Shown one piece after another: positions 47,739 to 58,626 of a DNA stretch of 64,000 nucleotides (within the stretch, counting starts at the first letter, position 1; every line of letters starts with the position of its first letter). Under the pieces are notes generated by a model, which saw only the letters and a program-made list of their open reading frames with translations, was not told the DNA's origin and did no database searches. Both the position numbers and the translations under genes were made by a program. This DNA comes from Blastocatellia bacterium (GTDB taxonomy: Bacteria > Acidobacteriota > Blastocatellia > UBA7656): assembly GCA_045807725.1 (NCBI GenBank), contig JBJMGV010000116.1, forward strand, positions 4,357 through 68,356. Reading direction: 5' to 3'.

Positions 47739-49196
47739 ATGATCAAACGCAACTCCTCACAACGACTCATCACGGCGCTGCTGCTCGTCTTGTCGTTAGC
47801 CGTCACGCTGCCGGCGCAATCGAATCAATCGACTCAATCATCACAAAGCGCCGCGCCTTCAGTTCAGCCGCGCCGCGACGCTTATGTCGTGATGATCTCG
47901 ATTGACGGCTTGATCCCGGAATACTACACCGCGCCCGCGCCGCTCGGTTTGAACGTGCCGACGCTGAGCCGGATGAAGCTCAACGGGGCGTACGCCGAAG
48001 GCGTCGAAGGCGTCTACCCAACCGTAACCTACCCGTCGCACACGACGCTGATTACAGGCGTGCGCCCGGCGCTGCACGGCATCATTCAAAACCGCATCTT
48101 TGAAGCGCCAAACGGGCCGCAGACGAAAGAGTGGTACTGGTTCTCGAAAGACCTCAAGATTGAAACGCTCTGGTCAATGGCCAGGCGCGCGGGGCTGACA
48201 ACCGGCAATGTCGGCTGGCCGGTGACAGCGGGCGCGGAGATTGATTACAGCGTGCCCGAAATCGCCGACCCCACAGAGAAGATACAGACCGGCAAGCGCA
48301 CCTTGCAGTACTCGACGACGGGCTTGATCGAGAAGGCGACCGCCGCGCGTCCGAGTGACGATAAGACGACCGACGGGCGGCGCACGACATATGCCGAATA
48401 CATCCTTGAAACCTACAAGCCGAACCTGATGCTGGTTCACTTGATTGATCTCGACGGCGCGCATCACACCTACGGGCCGCGCTCGCCCGAAGCGTTGAAG
48501 ACCGCCGAGCGTATGGACGCTTACGTGGGGCGCATCATCGAAGCGACGCGCAAGTCCGGCACGTTCGACAAGACCACGTTCTTTCTGGTTTCGGATCACG
48601 GCTTCGCGCCGGTCACAAAAAAGTTCGAGCCGAACGTGACGCTTGCGAAAGCCAAGCTCATCACGTTTGACGCGAGCGGCAAAGCGACCGACTGGCAAGC
48701 GGCGGCGTGGCCGGCGGGCGGCTCCTGCGCGATTGTGTTGAAAGACCCGAACGATAAAGCCGTCGCCAAACGAGTGACGACCTTGTTCACTGAGATGGCG
48801 CAGCGCAGCGATTCGCCCATCAGCCGCGTGTTGAATCAAGACGAGATCAAGAAACTCGGCGCGATACCGACGGCTTACCTGATGCTCGATGCTGCGCCGG
48901 ACTTCGCGTTTGGCGAAGAGTTGACCGGCCCGGAGATTCACGAGGCGAAGAACTATCACGGCACGCACGGCCAGTTGCCATCGCGCGCCGAGATGCGTTC
49001 GTCGTTGATCGTCTATGGCGCGGGCGCGCGGTTGGGCGCAAAGATGGTGCTGGCGCGAATGATCGACATTGGTCCGACGGCGGCGGCCATCTTCGGCCTT
49101 CGATTCGAGAACGCCGAAGGGCTGCCGATGGCTGAACTCATCAAGCCCGACTTGATTCCGCCCGCACCGCCAAAAAACAAAAAGAAGCAGCAGTAG
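47739..49196 (+). CDS. Exported nucleotide pyrophosphatase/phosphodiesterase (alkaline phosphatase superfamily)
   Basis: 'ISIDG','PTVTYPSHTTLITG','DGAHHTYG','VSDHG','GTHG'. Confidence 0.92.
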   Translation: MIKRNSSQRLITALLLVLSLAVTLPAQSNQSTQSSQSAAPSVQPRRDAYVVMISIDGLIPEYYTAPAPLGLNVPTLSRMKLNGAYAEGVEGVYPTVTYPSHTTLITGVRPALHGIIQNRIFEAPNGPQTKEWYWFSKDLKIETLWSMARRAGLTTGNVGWPVTAGAEIDYSVPEIADPTEKIQTGKRTLQYSTTGLIEKATAARPSDDKTTDGRRTTYAEYILETYKPNLMLVHLIDLDGAHHTYGPRSPEALKTAERMDAYVGRIIEATRKSGTFDKTTFFLVSDHGFAPVTKKFEPNVTLAKAKLITFDASGKATDWQAAAWPAGGSCAIVLKDPNDKAVAKRVTTLFTEMAQRSDSPISRVLNQDEIKKLGAIPTAYLMLDAAPDFAFGEELTGPEIHEAKNYHGTHGQLPSRAEMRSSLIVYGAGARLGAKMVLARMIDIGPTAAAIFGLRFENAEGLPMAELIKPDLIPPAPPKNKKKQQ

Positions 49197-49209
49197 GCAG
49201 GATTAAGCG

Positions 49210-49809
49210 ATGGAATCGACACCAAGAGATATCAAAGAAACCGAGCAGCAGACGCTGGCGATGTTCCAGCAGACCGGCGCGCTGCTTGAAGGACATTTTC
49301 AACTGACATCGGGAATGCACAGCCCGCGCTACCTGCAATGCGCGCTGGTCTTGCAATACCCGGAGCGCGCCGCTTGGATAGGCGAACAATTGGCCGCGCA
49401 CTTTCGCAATGATCCAATCAGCGCGGTGGTCGCGCCGGCCATCGGCGGCATCATCGTCGCTCACGAAGCGGCGCGGGCTTTAGGCGTTCGCGCGCTCTTT
49501 ACCGAGCGCGAAAATGGCGTGATGACGCTGAGACGCGGCTTTCATCTCGACCAGGGCGAGCGCGTCCTTGTCGTCGAAGACGTAGTCACGACCGGCGGCT
49601 CGACGCGCGAAACGATTGACGCGGTGACGCGCGCAGGCGGCGTTGTGGTCGGCGCAGGCTCGGTCGTTGATCGCTCCGGCGGCGCGGTAGACATCGGCGT
49701 GCGTCGCGTCGCGCTGCTGACGCTCGACGTGCCGGCCTATGACCCGGCGGCTTGCCCGCTCTGCCGCGAAGGCACGCCGGCGATTAAACCAGGAAGCAGG
49801 AAGCCGTAG
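49210..49809 (+). CDS. pyrE: Orotate phosphoribosyltransferase
   Basis: 'GHFQLTSGMHS','VVEDVVTTGGS','KPGSR'. Confidence 0.96.
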   Translation: MESTPRDIKETEQQTLAMFQQTGALLEGHFQLTSGMHSPRYLQCALVLQYPERAAWIGEQLAAHFRNDPISAVVAPAIGGIIVAHEAARALGVRALFTERENGVMTLRRGFHLDQGERVLVVEDVVTTGGSTRETIDAVTRAGGVVVGAGSVVDRSGGAVDIGVRRVALLTLDVPAYDPAACPLCREGTPAIKPGSRKP

Positions 49810-49890
49810 GCAGTGGTCAGTGGTCAGTGGCCAGGGGCCGGTGGGCAGGGGCCGGTGGCCGGTGGCCAGTTGATAGTTGATAGTTTCCCA

Positions 49891-50035
49891 AGCTCCGTTA
49901 GGAGCGCAATGTTTATAGTTACTGATTCGATAGAAGAAGCAAGCTCCGTCAGGAGCGTGATGTCAACATTGCGCCCCTACGGGGCTTCGTCCTTTCTATC
50001 AGCCCTTACTATAAACAGGTCGTCCCTACGGGACT
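49891..50035. repeat. Second four-hairpin REP/REPIN-like element, inside inverted heptamer repeats (49813-49885; 50039-50074)
   Basis: GCTCCGTTAGGAGC-ATGTTTATAG ... GCTCCGTCAGGAGC..GCCCCTACGGGGC ... CTATAAACA-GTCCCTACGGGAC. Confidence 0.85.
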
Positions 50036-50074
50036 ACTAACTGACCACTGGCGACTCATTACTGGCCACTGACC

Positions 50075-50809
50075 ATGCGGAACTACAAGCTGACAATCGC
50101 CTACGACGGGACGAACTATCACGGCTGGCAAATGCAGGCCAACGGGCGGACAATTCAAGGCGAGATAACGCGCGCGCTGTCGCTGCTAGATCACCGGCCC
50201 GTCACGTTGCATGGCGCAGGCAGAACGGATGCTGGCGTTCACGCCGAAGCGCAGGTGGCGAATGTCTTTCTTGAGCGCGAGTTCACGCCCGACATATGGC
50301 GTGAAGCCATTAACGGCAATCTCGACCGCGACCTGCGCGTGATGCAGGTCGAGTTAGCTGATGACGCGTTCGAGGCGCGGTTTTCGGCAAAGAGTAAAAC
50401 CTACCGCTATGACATCTGCGCCACGCCGGTGCTCAGTCCTTTCGATATTCGTTATGTCTATCATTATCGCGGCCAGCTTGATGTGAACGGGATGCAGCGG
50501 GCGGCGGCACTGCTGGTCGGCAGGCATGACTTCAGCGCCTTCACCATCGCCGCGCTCGACATTGAAGACCGCGTGCGTCATCTGACACAACTCGACGTTG
50601 AAGCGCGCGGCGAGCGTATACGCATCACGGCGTCGGCTAAAGGCTTTCTGCGTTATATGGTCAGGACGATTGCGGGGACGTTGATCGATGTCGGGCGCGG
50701 GCGGCGCAGCGTAATAAGCGTTACTGAAGCGTTGAGGAGTCGTGACCGTAATCAGGCCGGCGCAACCGCTCCGGCGCATGGCTTGACTCTGGTGCGAGTT
50801 GACTATTAA
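50075..50809 (+). CDS. truA: tRNA pseudouridine(38-40) synthase
   Basis: 'YDGTNYHGWQ','AGRTDAGVHA','FLRYMVR','APAHGL'. Confidence 0.97.
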   Translation: MRNYKLTIAYDGTNYHGWQMQANGRTIQGEITRALSLLDHRPVTLHGAGRTDAGVHAEAQVANVFLEREFTPDIWREAINGNLDRDLRVMQVELADDAFEARFSAKSKTYRYDICATPVLSPFDIRYVYHYRGQLDVNGMQRAAALLVGRHDFSAFTIAALDIEDRVRHLTQLDVEARGERIRITASAKGFLRYMVRTIAGTLIDVGRGRRSVISVTEALRSRDRNQAGATAPAHGLTLVRVDY

Positions 50810-50882
50810 AGTGACGTTGGCCGTGACAAGTGACGAGCATCCCCTCCTTGTCGCTGTCACCCTGGTTAATCGAAGATGACTG

Positions 50883-51707
50883 ATGATTAATACCCTTCTT
50901 AAGAGCTTTGAGACCCTCATTGAAAGCGGCTCACGCGACGAATTTCTGCTCCGCCAGATTCAACCCGATCATCTTCCGAGACACATCGCTATCATTATGG
51001 ACGGCAATGGCCGCTGGGCCGGGCGGCGCAACCAGCCGCGCGTTGCCGGTCATCGCGCCGGCGCTGAGGCCGTGCGCGTCACGGTCGAAACCAGCGCCCG
51101 GCTCGGCGTCGGCTACCTGACGCTTTACGCGTTTTCGACCGAGAACTGGAAACGCCCGCGCCTCGAAGTCGAAGCGTTGATGGGGCTGCTGCGCGAGTTC
51201 TTGCGCAAAGAGATTCGCAGCCTCAAGCAAAACAACATACGCTTTCAAACCATCGGCGACGAAGCGGCGCTCGAATCTGCCGTGCGCCGCGAAATCGCGC
51301 ACGCGCGGCGCGAAACCGAAGCCAACACCGGCACGGTATTGACGGTCGCGCTCAATTACAGCGGGCGCGCGGAGCTGACACGGGCCTGCCGCTCGCTCGC
51401 CCTGGAGTATCAAACGAGCGGGCGCGATACTGCCGAGATCAGCGAGAGCGACATCGCCCGGCATCTCTACACCGCGAGCTTGCCCGATCCTGATTTATTG
51501 ATTCGCACGAGCGGCGAATTGCGCGTCTCGAACTTTCTGCTGTGGCAGATCGCCTATAGCGAGATATACGTCACCGATAGGCTGTGGCCCGACTTCTGCC
51601 GCGCCAGCCTCTTTGAAGCGATTATCGAATACCAGAAACGCGACCGCCGCTATGGCGGCGTCAACGCGGCGAGCCAGTCGCCGCTGCGCGCCGTCAATAT
51701 GAAATAA
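50883..51707 (+). CDS. uppS: Undecaprenyl diphosphate synthase
   Basis: 'HIAIIMDGNGRW','YAFSTENWKRP','RTSGELRVSNFLLWQ'. Confidence 0.97.
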   Translation: MINTLLKSFETLIESGSRDEFLLRQIQPDHLPRHIAIIMDGNGRWAGRRNQPRVAGHRAGAEAVRVTVETSARLGVGYLTLYAFSTENWKRPRLEVEALMGLLREFLRKEIRSLKQNNIRFQTIGDEAALESAVRREIAHARRETEANTGTVLTVALNYSGRAELTRACRSLALEYQTSGRDTAEISESDIARHLYTASLPDPDLLIRTSGELRVSNFLLWQIAYSEIYVTDRLWPDFCRASLFEAIIEYQKRDRRYGGVNAASQSPLRAVNMK

Positions 51708-51791
51708 GTAATGAGTGATAGGTGATGAGTGATGAGTGGCCGAAACGTCGCCCACTGCTCATCGCTCATCACTCATCACCCATCACTTCCT

Positions 51792-52622
51792 ATGAAAAGA
51801 ATTCTGACCGCGCTCGTGGCGCTGCCCCTTCTGCTTTACACCGTCTGGAGCCATATCCCTTACTTCTTCGTCGGCCTCGCCGCGATAGCCGCGCTGCTGG
51901 CGCTCGGCGAGTTTTATAAGCTGGCGGCCAACGTCGGCAGCCGCGCACACATCGTTCCCGGTTATGGCGCGGGCTTGCTGGTGCTGGCCTGCTTTGTCGC
52001 CGATATGCCGGCGGGCATCGTCGCGGTGATGGCGGCGCTGGTCATCGTTTCGCTCGGCGTCGAGCTGGCGACGCAGAAAGAGTTGGAACGCGCGCTCACT
52101 GCTACGGCGGCGACGCTGATGGGCGTGATCTATGTTGTCTTGCTCGCCGGCTATCTCGTCGGCGTGCGGATGATCCCCGACACCTTCACGGCGGTGACAG
52201 TGCCGCACCTTTCGGCGAAGCTGTTGACCATGTTTTTTGCGATGGTGATGCTCACCGACACCGGCGCGTATTACACGGGCCGCTCGCTCGGTCGCCACAA
52301 GCTCGCGCCGCGCATCAGCCCCGGCAAGACCATCGAAGGCGCAGTCGGCGGATTCATCGCGGCGATGCTGACCGGGCCGCTCTGCCATTACACGTTCTTC
52401 CCGGAGATTCCTCTTGTCCAGGCGATGGCGCTGGGCGCTGGCATCGGTATAATCGGACAGGTCGGCGACCTCGCTGAGTCCATGTTGAAGCGCGGCGCAA
52501 AGGTGAAGGATTCGAGTCACCTGCTGCCCGGTCACGGCGGCATGCTCGACCGCGTCGATAGCATTCTTTTCTGCGCGCCGCTGCTTTATTATTACGCGCG
52601 CGTGTTCCTGCCGACGTGGTGA
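51792..52622 (+). CDS. cdsA: Phosphatidate cytidylyltransferase
   Basis: 'DTGAYY','SPGKTIEG','GDLAESMLKR..KDS..LPGHGGMLDRVD'. Confidence 0.96.
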   Translation: MKRILTALVALPLLLYTVWSHIPYFFVGLAAIAALLALGEFYKLAANVGSRAHIVPGYGAGLLVLACFVADMPAGIVAVMAALVIVSLGVELATQKELERALTATAATLMGVIYVVLLAGYLVGVRMIPDTFTAVTVPHLSAKLLTMFFAMVMLTDTGAYYTGRSLGRHKLAPRISPGKTIEGAVGGFIAAMLTGPLCHYTFFPEIPLVQAMALGAGIGIIGQVGDLAESMLKRGAKVKDSSHLLPGHGGMLDRVDSILFCAPLLYYYARVFLPTW

Positions 52623-54022
52623 GCGCCACGATAGCTGAATCGCTTATGTCCCGCCACATCAAAGAGCCGAACAAGCGAGCACGCCGCGCCGGTGTGGCGT
52701 TAGCTATCGTCGCGGTGTTAGCGAGCGGTGTCTACTTCGCCCGGCAAAGCGGCACGAATCCGCAGAAGTACGAAAACGACTTCAACGTCTTCTACTTTGC
52801 GGCAAGCGAAGTGCTCGACGGGCGCGACCCATATCAAGAAGTGCTGCACGCCTGGACGCCTTACCTTTACCCGCCGGTGCTCGCCGAACTGATGATGCCG
52901 ATGGCGTTGCTGTCGCTGCCGGCGGCGGCTTACCTCTGGTTCCTTATCAATCTGGCGGCGGCGGTCGCGGCGGCGCGAATGGCTGCCGCGCTCAGTGACA
53001 TTGAGCAGGTTGATGGCAGCACACCGTCACGCGCCTCCAGGCCGCGATTCAGGGCGAATGAAACGAATCGTTTTGTAACCTGGATAACGGAACGGGTAAA
53101 TCATCGCTCGTTGATCGCGTGGCTGGTCGGGATCATTTTATTGCGGTTCATTCTCGACAACTTTAAGCTTGGTCAGGTCAATCTCATCATCGCTATGCTC
53201 GCCGTCGCGCACGTCTATTGTTACGCGACGAATCGGCGGCGTTGGGCGGCGGCGGCTATCGCGCTTGCCATAGCGATCAAGCTGACGCCGGCGTTGCTGC
53301 TGGTGTATCACCTGGCCCGGCGGCGGTGGCTTTATGCGACCGCCTGCGGATTGTGCGCGGGCGCATTGATTGCAGTGAGCTTCTTGCCCTTTGGCGCTCG
53401 CGCGTCAGAAACCTTCGGCGTCTTTTTCAACCGCACGGTGCGCAATCAGCAAGGCTTCGATCTCGCCTATGGCGGCAATCAATCGTTGCGCGGCTTCGTC
53501 GCCCGCCTGACCACCGATAGCACGACGATAGAACACCCGCAGGTGAGCGAGACGCCGACCGACGGCTCTGTGCGCGAGCCGTCGAGCCGGTTGACGCTCG
53601 CGCTTGCTGCGATCCTGCTTGCGGTGGCCGTAGGCGCGGCGGTGCTGGCGCGCACCGATATGGCTGCTGCCGCGCCATTCTTCGCCCTGATGGTGATGCT
53701 GTCGCCGCTCAGTTGGAAAGCGCACTTCGTCATCCTTATCCTGCCCGTCGCTTTCATCGCGGGCCGCGCGCTCTATGAATCATCTCAGGGTCGCAAACGT
53801 CTGCTCGTGGCCGTGCTGATCGTTCTATTCGTGTTATCGAACCTGACCAGCCGCAATCTCTTCGGCGATGGCTTTGCGGCGTGGTGTGATGTGCGCTCGC
53901 TGGTGCTGGCCGCCGCCTTCGTCGCCTACGTGACGGCTGTATGGCAAGGCGCGTGGCAGTTTGTTAATCTCAAGCGTAGCGGCCAATCGGAGATGACTTA
54001 TGACCACCAAAGCGCGCAATGA
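52616..54022 (+). CDS. GT87/DUF2029-family polytopic glycosyltransferase
   Basis: 'NDFNVFY','YLYPP','GQVN','IKLTP','NQSL','SPLSWKAH'; start uncertain (52616-52646). Confidence 0.85.
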   Translation: MVSATIAESLMSRHIKEPNKRARRAGVALAIVAVLASGVYFARQSGTNPQKYENDFNVFYFAASEVLDGRDPYQEVLHAWTPYLYPPVLAELMMPMALLSLPAAAYLWFLINLAAAVAAARMAAALSDIEQVDGSTPSRASRPRFRANETNRFVTWITERVNHRSLIAWLVGIILLRFILDNFKLGQVNLIIAMLAVAHVYCYATNRRRWAAAAIALAIAIKLTPALLLVYHLARRRWLYATACGLCAGALIAVSFLPFGARASETFGVFFNRTVRNQQGFDLAYGGNQSLRGFVARLTTDSTTIEHPQVSETPTDGSVREPSSRLTLALAAILLAVAVGAAVLARTDMAAAAPFFALMVMLSPLSWKAHFVILILPVAFIAGRALYESSQGRKRLLVAVLIVLFVLSNLTSRNLFGDGFAAWCDVRSLVLAAAFVAYVTAVWQGAWQFVNLKRSGQSEMTYDHQSAQ

Positions 54023-55601
54023 ACGCCGGGCGGCGACCAGTTCCGGCATTGAAATGAAGCCGGTCTTTCGGCCCGGCGACGCAAATGTTGATTACCAAAA
54101 CGACCTGAACGATCCGGGCAATCATCCATTCACGCGCGGGCCTTACGCGACCATGTATCGCGGCAAGCTATGGACGATGCGTCAGTATGCGGGTTACGCG
54201 ACGGCGGCGGAATCCAACGCTCGCTATCGTTACTTGCTGGCGCAAGGGCAGACAGGGCTGTCGGTCGCGTTCGACCTGCCCACACAGATGGGATTCGATT
54301 CCGACCACCAGATGGCGCACGGCGAAGTCGGCAAGGTCGGCGTAGCAATTGATACGCTCGACGATATGGGGCGGCTGCTCGATCAAATACCGCTCGATCA
54401 AGTCTCGACTTCGATGACGATCAACGCGACGGCGGCGATCTTGCTGGCGATGTATATTGCCGTGGCGAAGAAACAGCAAGTTGCGCCGGAGAAGATTTCC
54501 GGCACGATTCAAAACGATATACTCAAGGAATACATCGCGCGCGGCACGTACATCTATCCGCCGCGTCCAAGCCTGCGCATCGTCACAGACATCTTCGCTT
54601 ACTGCGCCGCCGAGGTGCCGCGCTGGAACACGATTTCAATCAGCGGCTATCACATACGCGAAGCCGGCTCGACTGCCGCGCAGGAAGTCGCTTTCACACT
54701 GGCCGACGGCATCGCCTACGTGCAGGCGGCGGTGGACGCAGGCTTAGACGTAGACGGATTCGCGCCGCGCATCGCTTTCTTTTTTAATTCGCACAACCAG
54801 TTTCTCGAAGAAGTCGCCAAGTTCCGCGCGGCTCGCCGTATGTGGGCGCGCATTATGCGTGAACGCTTCGGCGCACACGATGAGCGCTCGATGATGCTGC
54901 GCTTTCACGCGCAGACCGCCGGTTCGTCATTGACCGCGCAACAGCCTGAGGTCAACATCGTCCGCACGGCGATACAGGCATTGGCCGCCGTGCTGGGCGG
55001 CGCACAATCGCTGCACACGAACTCGATGGACGAAGCGCTGGGCTTGCCGACCGAGCACGCGGCGCGCATCGCCCTGCGCACGCAGCAAGTGATCGGCTAC
55101 GAATCGGGCGTTGCCGATACGGCGGATGGGCTGGCCGGCTCGTATGCCATCGAGTATCTGACCAACGAGATTGAGCGGCTGGCTTCAGCTTACATTCAGA
55201 AGATCGACGACATCGGCGGCATGCTCGCGGCGATAGAAACGGGTTTTGTGCAGCGTGAGATCGAGCAGGCGGCTTACGATTATCAACGCGCCGTCGAAGC
55301 CGGCGAACAGGTCGTCGTCGGCGTCAACCGCTTCACGACCGAAGAGAAGTCGGACATTCCCGTCCTGCGCATCAACGAAGAACTGGAACGCGAGCAGGTT
55401 GAACGCCTCCGCGCCGTCCGCGCCCGCCGCGATGAGCGCGCGACAGGTGAGGCATTAGATTTAGTCGAGCGGGCGGCGCGCACGGATGAGAACCTGATGC
55501 CGCACATCATCCGCGCCGTCGAAGCCTACGCGACGCTCGGCGAAATCTCCGACCGCCTGCGCGCCGTCTTCGGCGAATACGCCGGCGCAAGGTACGAGTG
55601 A
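54000..55601 (+). CDS. Methylmalonyl-CoA mutase, substrate-binding (N-terminal) subunit without cobalamin-binding domain
   Basis: 'PFTRG','WTMRQYAG','[10 protein letters not shown]','QNDILKEY','ISGYH','SLHTNS'; no DxHxxG domain. Confidence 0.93.
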   Translation: MTTKARNERRAATSSGIEMKPVFRPGDANVDYQNDLNDPGNHPFTRGPYATMYRGKLWTMRQYAGYATAAESNARYRYLLAQGQTGLSVAFDLPTQMGFDSDHQMAHGEVGKVGVAIDTLDDMGRLLDQIPLDQVSTSMTINATAAILLAMYIAVAKKQQVAPEKISGTIQNDILKEYIARGTYIYPPRPSLRIVTDIFAYCAAEVPRWNTISISGYHIREAGSTAAQEVAFTLADGIAYVQAAVDAGLDVDGFAPRIAFFFNSHNQFLEEVAKFRAARRMWARIMRERFGAHDERSMMLRFHAQTAGSSLTAQQPEVNIVRTAIQALAAVLGGAQSLHTNSMDEALGLPTEHAARIALRTQQVIGYESGVADTADGLAGSYAIEYLTNEIERLASAYIQKIDDIGGMLAAIETGFVQREIEQAAYDYQRAVEAGEQVVVGVNRFTTEEKSDIPVLRINEELEREQVERLRAVRARRDERATGEALDLVERAARTDENLMPHIIRAVEAYATLGEISDRLRAVFGEYAGARYE

Positions 55602-55611
55602 GAGGAAGCTT

Positions 55612-56238
55612 ATGGCGATCAGAAAATCGGAGTTGCTTTACACGATTGAAGAGTACCTGGTAATGGAACGAGAGGCCGAAGAGCGCCACGAATACCTTGA
55701 TGGCTATATCTACTTGATGTCAGGCGAAAGCGAGGCGCACGGCGAAATCTCCACGAACTTAGCTGTCATCGTTGGCTCCCAGTTGCGGGGAACTCCATGT
55801 CGGCTGAGAATCAAAGATACAAAGGTACGCAGTGGCCCGACTCCGCATCCCGGCAGCAGGAAAGGTTTGTTCTCGTATCCCGATTTTGTCGTCATTTGTG
55901 GTGAACGGCAATATCATGATAAGCATAAAGACGTGGTGCTGAATCCGACCGTGATTATTGAAGTTCTATCTGCTTCAACCGAAAGCTTTGATCGCGGTGA
56001 AAAGTTCTTGCGATACCAGCAGTGGAGTCCGACCTTAAGCGATTATCTGCTGGTTTCGCAAACACGGCTTGCCATCGAGCATTTTATCCGCCAGGCTGAT
56101 GGCAGTTGGTCGTATCACCTCTACTCAGAGTTGGAGCAATCGTTCATCATCAAATCCATCAATTGTGAACTGCGGCTGTCGGATGTTTACGAGCGCGTTG
56201 AATTTCCGCCCGAAGAACTCGAAGAAGAGAATCTGTAG
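55612..56238 (+). CDS. Uma2/DUF820 family endonuclease-like protein
   Basis: 'RHEYLDG','YPDFVVIC','IIEVLSASTESFDRGEKF..Y'. Confidence 0.92.
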   Translation: MAIRKSELLYTIEEYLVMEREAEERHEYLDGYIYLMSGESEAHGEISTNLAVIVGSQLRGTPCRLRIKDTKVRSGPTPHPGSRKGLFSYPDFVVICGERQYHDKHKDVVLNPTVIIEVLSASTESFDRGEKFLRYQQWSPTLSDYLLVSQTRLAIEHFIRQADGSWSYHLYSELEQSFIIKSINCELRLSDVYERVEFPPEELEEENL

Positions 56239-56273
56239 CGATCATCAGGGAAGGGCAGTAAGAGGCGCAGGCA

Positions 56274-57314
56274 TTGTCAGATTACATCCTCGAACTCAAA
56301 AATCTCAGCACGCACTTTGCCACGCGAGCCGGCATCATCAAAGCCGTTGACGGCGTCAGCCTGGCTCTCCCCAAGGGCGCAACGCTGGCGCTCGTCGGTG
56401 AATCGGGCAGCGGCAAATCCGTGACCAGCCTTTCCATTATGCGGCTCGTTCAACCGCCGGGCCGCGTCGTCAGCGGCGAAATCTGGTTCGACGGTCAGAA
56501 CCTGTTATCACTCAATGACGACGCAATGCGGCGGCTGCGCGGGCGCGAGATTGCGATGATCTTTCAAGACCCGATGACTTCGCTCAACCCTGTCTACACG
56601 GTCGGCGACCAGATCGCCGAAGCCGTACAACTGCACGAGCGCGTGCCGCGAAAACAAGCGTGGGCCAAAGCCATCGAGATGATGCGGCGCGTCCGCATCC
56701 CTGACGCGGAGAGACGTGCGAGCGATTATCCTTTTCAACTATCGGGCGGCATGCGCCAGCGCGTGATGATTGCGATGGCGCTGGCCTGCAACCCTCGCCT
56801 GCTAATCGCCGACGAACCGACGACGGCGCTCGACGTGACGATTCAGGCCGAGATTCTCGACCTGTTGCGCGCGTTGAAAGACGAGTTCGACCTTTCGATG
56901 CTGCTCATCACACACGACCTCGGCGTCGTTGCTGAAACGGCGGATCGTGTCGCTGTGATGTACGCGGGCCGCATCGTCGAAGAAGCGCCGGTCGGCGAAC
57001 TCTTCCGCGCCCCGCGCCACCCTTACAGCGAAGGCTTGCTGCGCTCTGTGCCGCGACTCACGGAAGTCGGGATCAAGCAGCGGCGTTTGCAGACGATTGC
57101 GGGTTCGGTTCCGGGCCTGCTCGAACTGCCCGAAGGGTGCAAGTTCGCGCCGCGCTGCGCCTACGTCATCCGCGAATGCACCGAAGGCGAGCCGGCGCTG
57201 TTAGCGGTTAATACGGAACACCGCGCGCGCTGCATTCGCTTCGACTGCGTTGGCAACGAAGCGGCCAGGACACACCCTGAGCGCACGGGCGAAGGCATTA
57301 TCGCGGCGGATTGA
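56274..57314 (+). CDS. oppD: Oligo/dipeptide ABC transporter ATP-binding subunit (OppD/DppD)
   Basis: 'GESGSGKS','[10 protein letters not shown]','LSGGMRQR', C-terminal 'GCKFAPRC'. Confidence 0.9.
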   Translation: MSDYILELKNLSTHFATRAGIIKAVDGVSLALPKGATLALVGESGSGKSVTSLSIMRLVQPPGRVVSGEIWFDGQNLLSLNDDAMRRLRGREIAMIFQDPMTSLNPVYTVGDQIAEAVQLHERVPRKQAWAKAIEMMRRVRIPDAERRASDYPFQLSGGMRQRVMIAMALACNPRLLIADEPTTALDVTIQAEILDLLRALKDEFDLSMLLITHDLGVVAETADRVAVMYAGRIVEEAPVGELFRAPRHPYSEGLLRSVPRLTEVGIKQRRLQTIAGSVPGLLELPEGCKFAPRCAYVIRECTEGEPALLAVNTEHRARCIRFDCVGNEAARTHPERTGEGIIAAD

Positions 57315-57319
57315 AAACT

Positions 57320-57490
57320 TCGCCGCATAGCAGCGTTTGAATCGGTGGGCATTCAGGCGTCGCTGACGCGATGCTATGGTAATCGGCGCGGTGTATACAG
57401 GCATTTCAATGCCTTGTGTACAGGCATTGAAATGCGGTGTGTACAGGCATTGAAATGCCTGCCTAAACTCACTTGCCGCTACGCGGCATA
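57320..57490. repeat. REP-like element containing three tandem copies of GTGTACAGGCATTGAAATGC(CT)
   Basis: Copies at about 57391, 57415 and 57437; flanking hairpins GCGTCGCTGACGCGATGC and GCCGCTACGCGGC. Confidence 0.75.
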
Positions 57491-57530
57491 AATTTCGAGT
57501 CGCTTATCTCGAATTGTTCAATCGCAGATT

Positions 57531-58517
57531 ATGCAAAGTAACGGCGATTACCTTATCGAAGTCAAAGGGCTGAAGAAGTATTTTCCGACAGGCGGCGGGC
57601 TGTTTGGCGCGGGCGGCGATACGGTCAAGGCCGTAGACGATGTGAGCTTCTATATACGGCGCGGCGAAACATTCGGGCTGGTCGGCGAATCGGGCTGCGG
57701 CAAATCGACAACGGGCCGCTGCATCCTGCGCTTGATTGAGCCGACGGCGGGCGCAGTCAATTTTGAAGGGCGTGATTTGCTCGCCCTCGACTCTGGTTCG
57801 CTGCGGCAGTTGCGCCGCGAGATGCAAATCATCTTTCAAGACCCTTACGCCTCGCTCAACCCGCGCATGCAGGTCGGCGAGATCATCGCCGAGCCGTTGG
57901 TGATTCATCGCGTCGGCAAGAGCGCGGAGCGCAAGCGGCGCGTCGGCGAATTGCTTGAGCTGGTCGGGCTGAAGGCGGAACACGCGGCGCGTTACCCGCA
58001 CGAGTTCAGCGGCGGCCAGCGCCAGCGCATCGGCATCGCCCGCGCCCTGACGCTCAACCCGAAGTTCATCGTCTGCGACGAACCAGTGAGCGCGCTCGAC
58101 GTGTCTGTGCAGGCGCAGGTGGTCAACTTGTTGCAGGATTTGCAGGAGCGACTGGGGCTGACTTACCTCTTCATCTCGCACGGCCTTTCAGTCGTCGAAC
58201 ACATCTCGACGCGCGTCGGCATTATGTACCTCGGCAAGCTGGTCGAGGTCGCGCCGAGTGCAGAGATATTCCGCAACCCGCTGCATCCCTACACGCGGGC
58301 GCTGCTGTCGGCCATCCCCGTGCCCGATCCCGAAGCCCGGCGCGAGCGGCTGCCGCTTGCGGGCGAGATTCCTACCGCGATCAAGCCGCCGTCGGGCTGT
58401 CGCTTTCGCACGCGCTGCCCGTTGGCCGAGCCTGAGTGCGCCGAAGACGACCCGCAACTCGTCGAAGTCGAGAAAGATCATTTCGTCGCCTGCCGCTTGA
58501 TTGAGCGTGACAAGTGA
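57531..58517 (+). CDS. oppF: Oligo/dipeptide ABC transporter ATP-binding subunit (OppF/DppF)
   Basis: 'GESGCGKS','[10 protein letters not shown]','FSGGQRQR','[10 protein letters not shown]','GCRFRTRC'. Confidence 0.92.
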   Translation: MQSNGDYLIEVKGLKKYFPTGGGLFGAGGDTVKAVDDVSFYIRRGETFGLVGESGCGKSTTGRCILRLIEPTAGAVNFEGRDLLALDSGSLRQLRREMQIIFQDPYASLNPRMQVGEIIAEPLVIHRVGKSAERKRRVGELLELVGLKAEHAARYPHEFSGGQRQRIGIARALTLNPKFIVCDEPVSALDVSVQAQVVNLLQDLQERLGLTYLFISHGLSVVEHISTRVGIMYLGKLVEVAPSAEIFRNPLHPYTRALLSAIPVPDPEARRERLPLAGEIPTAIKPPSGCRFRTRCPLAEPECAEDDPQLVEVEKDHFVACRLIERDK

Positions 58518-58626
58518 CGGTTAACGATGTAGTCTCTCCGCATCAAGATTCTCAATGCTAAAAAGGCGAGCCGTTCAGTTATCGCTGTCAACTCGTTTGA
58601 TGATATTGACCTCAGGAGATGACCGT

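Noticed and set aside
49813-50040. 75-aa ORF between pyrE and truA; similar N-terminal ORF extensions at 46822 and 51729
   Set aside because: These are translations of repeat DNA; better starts exist downstream.
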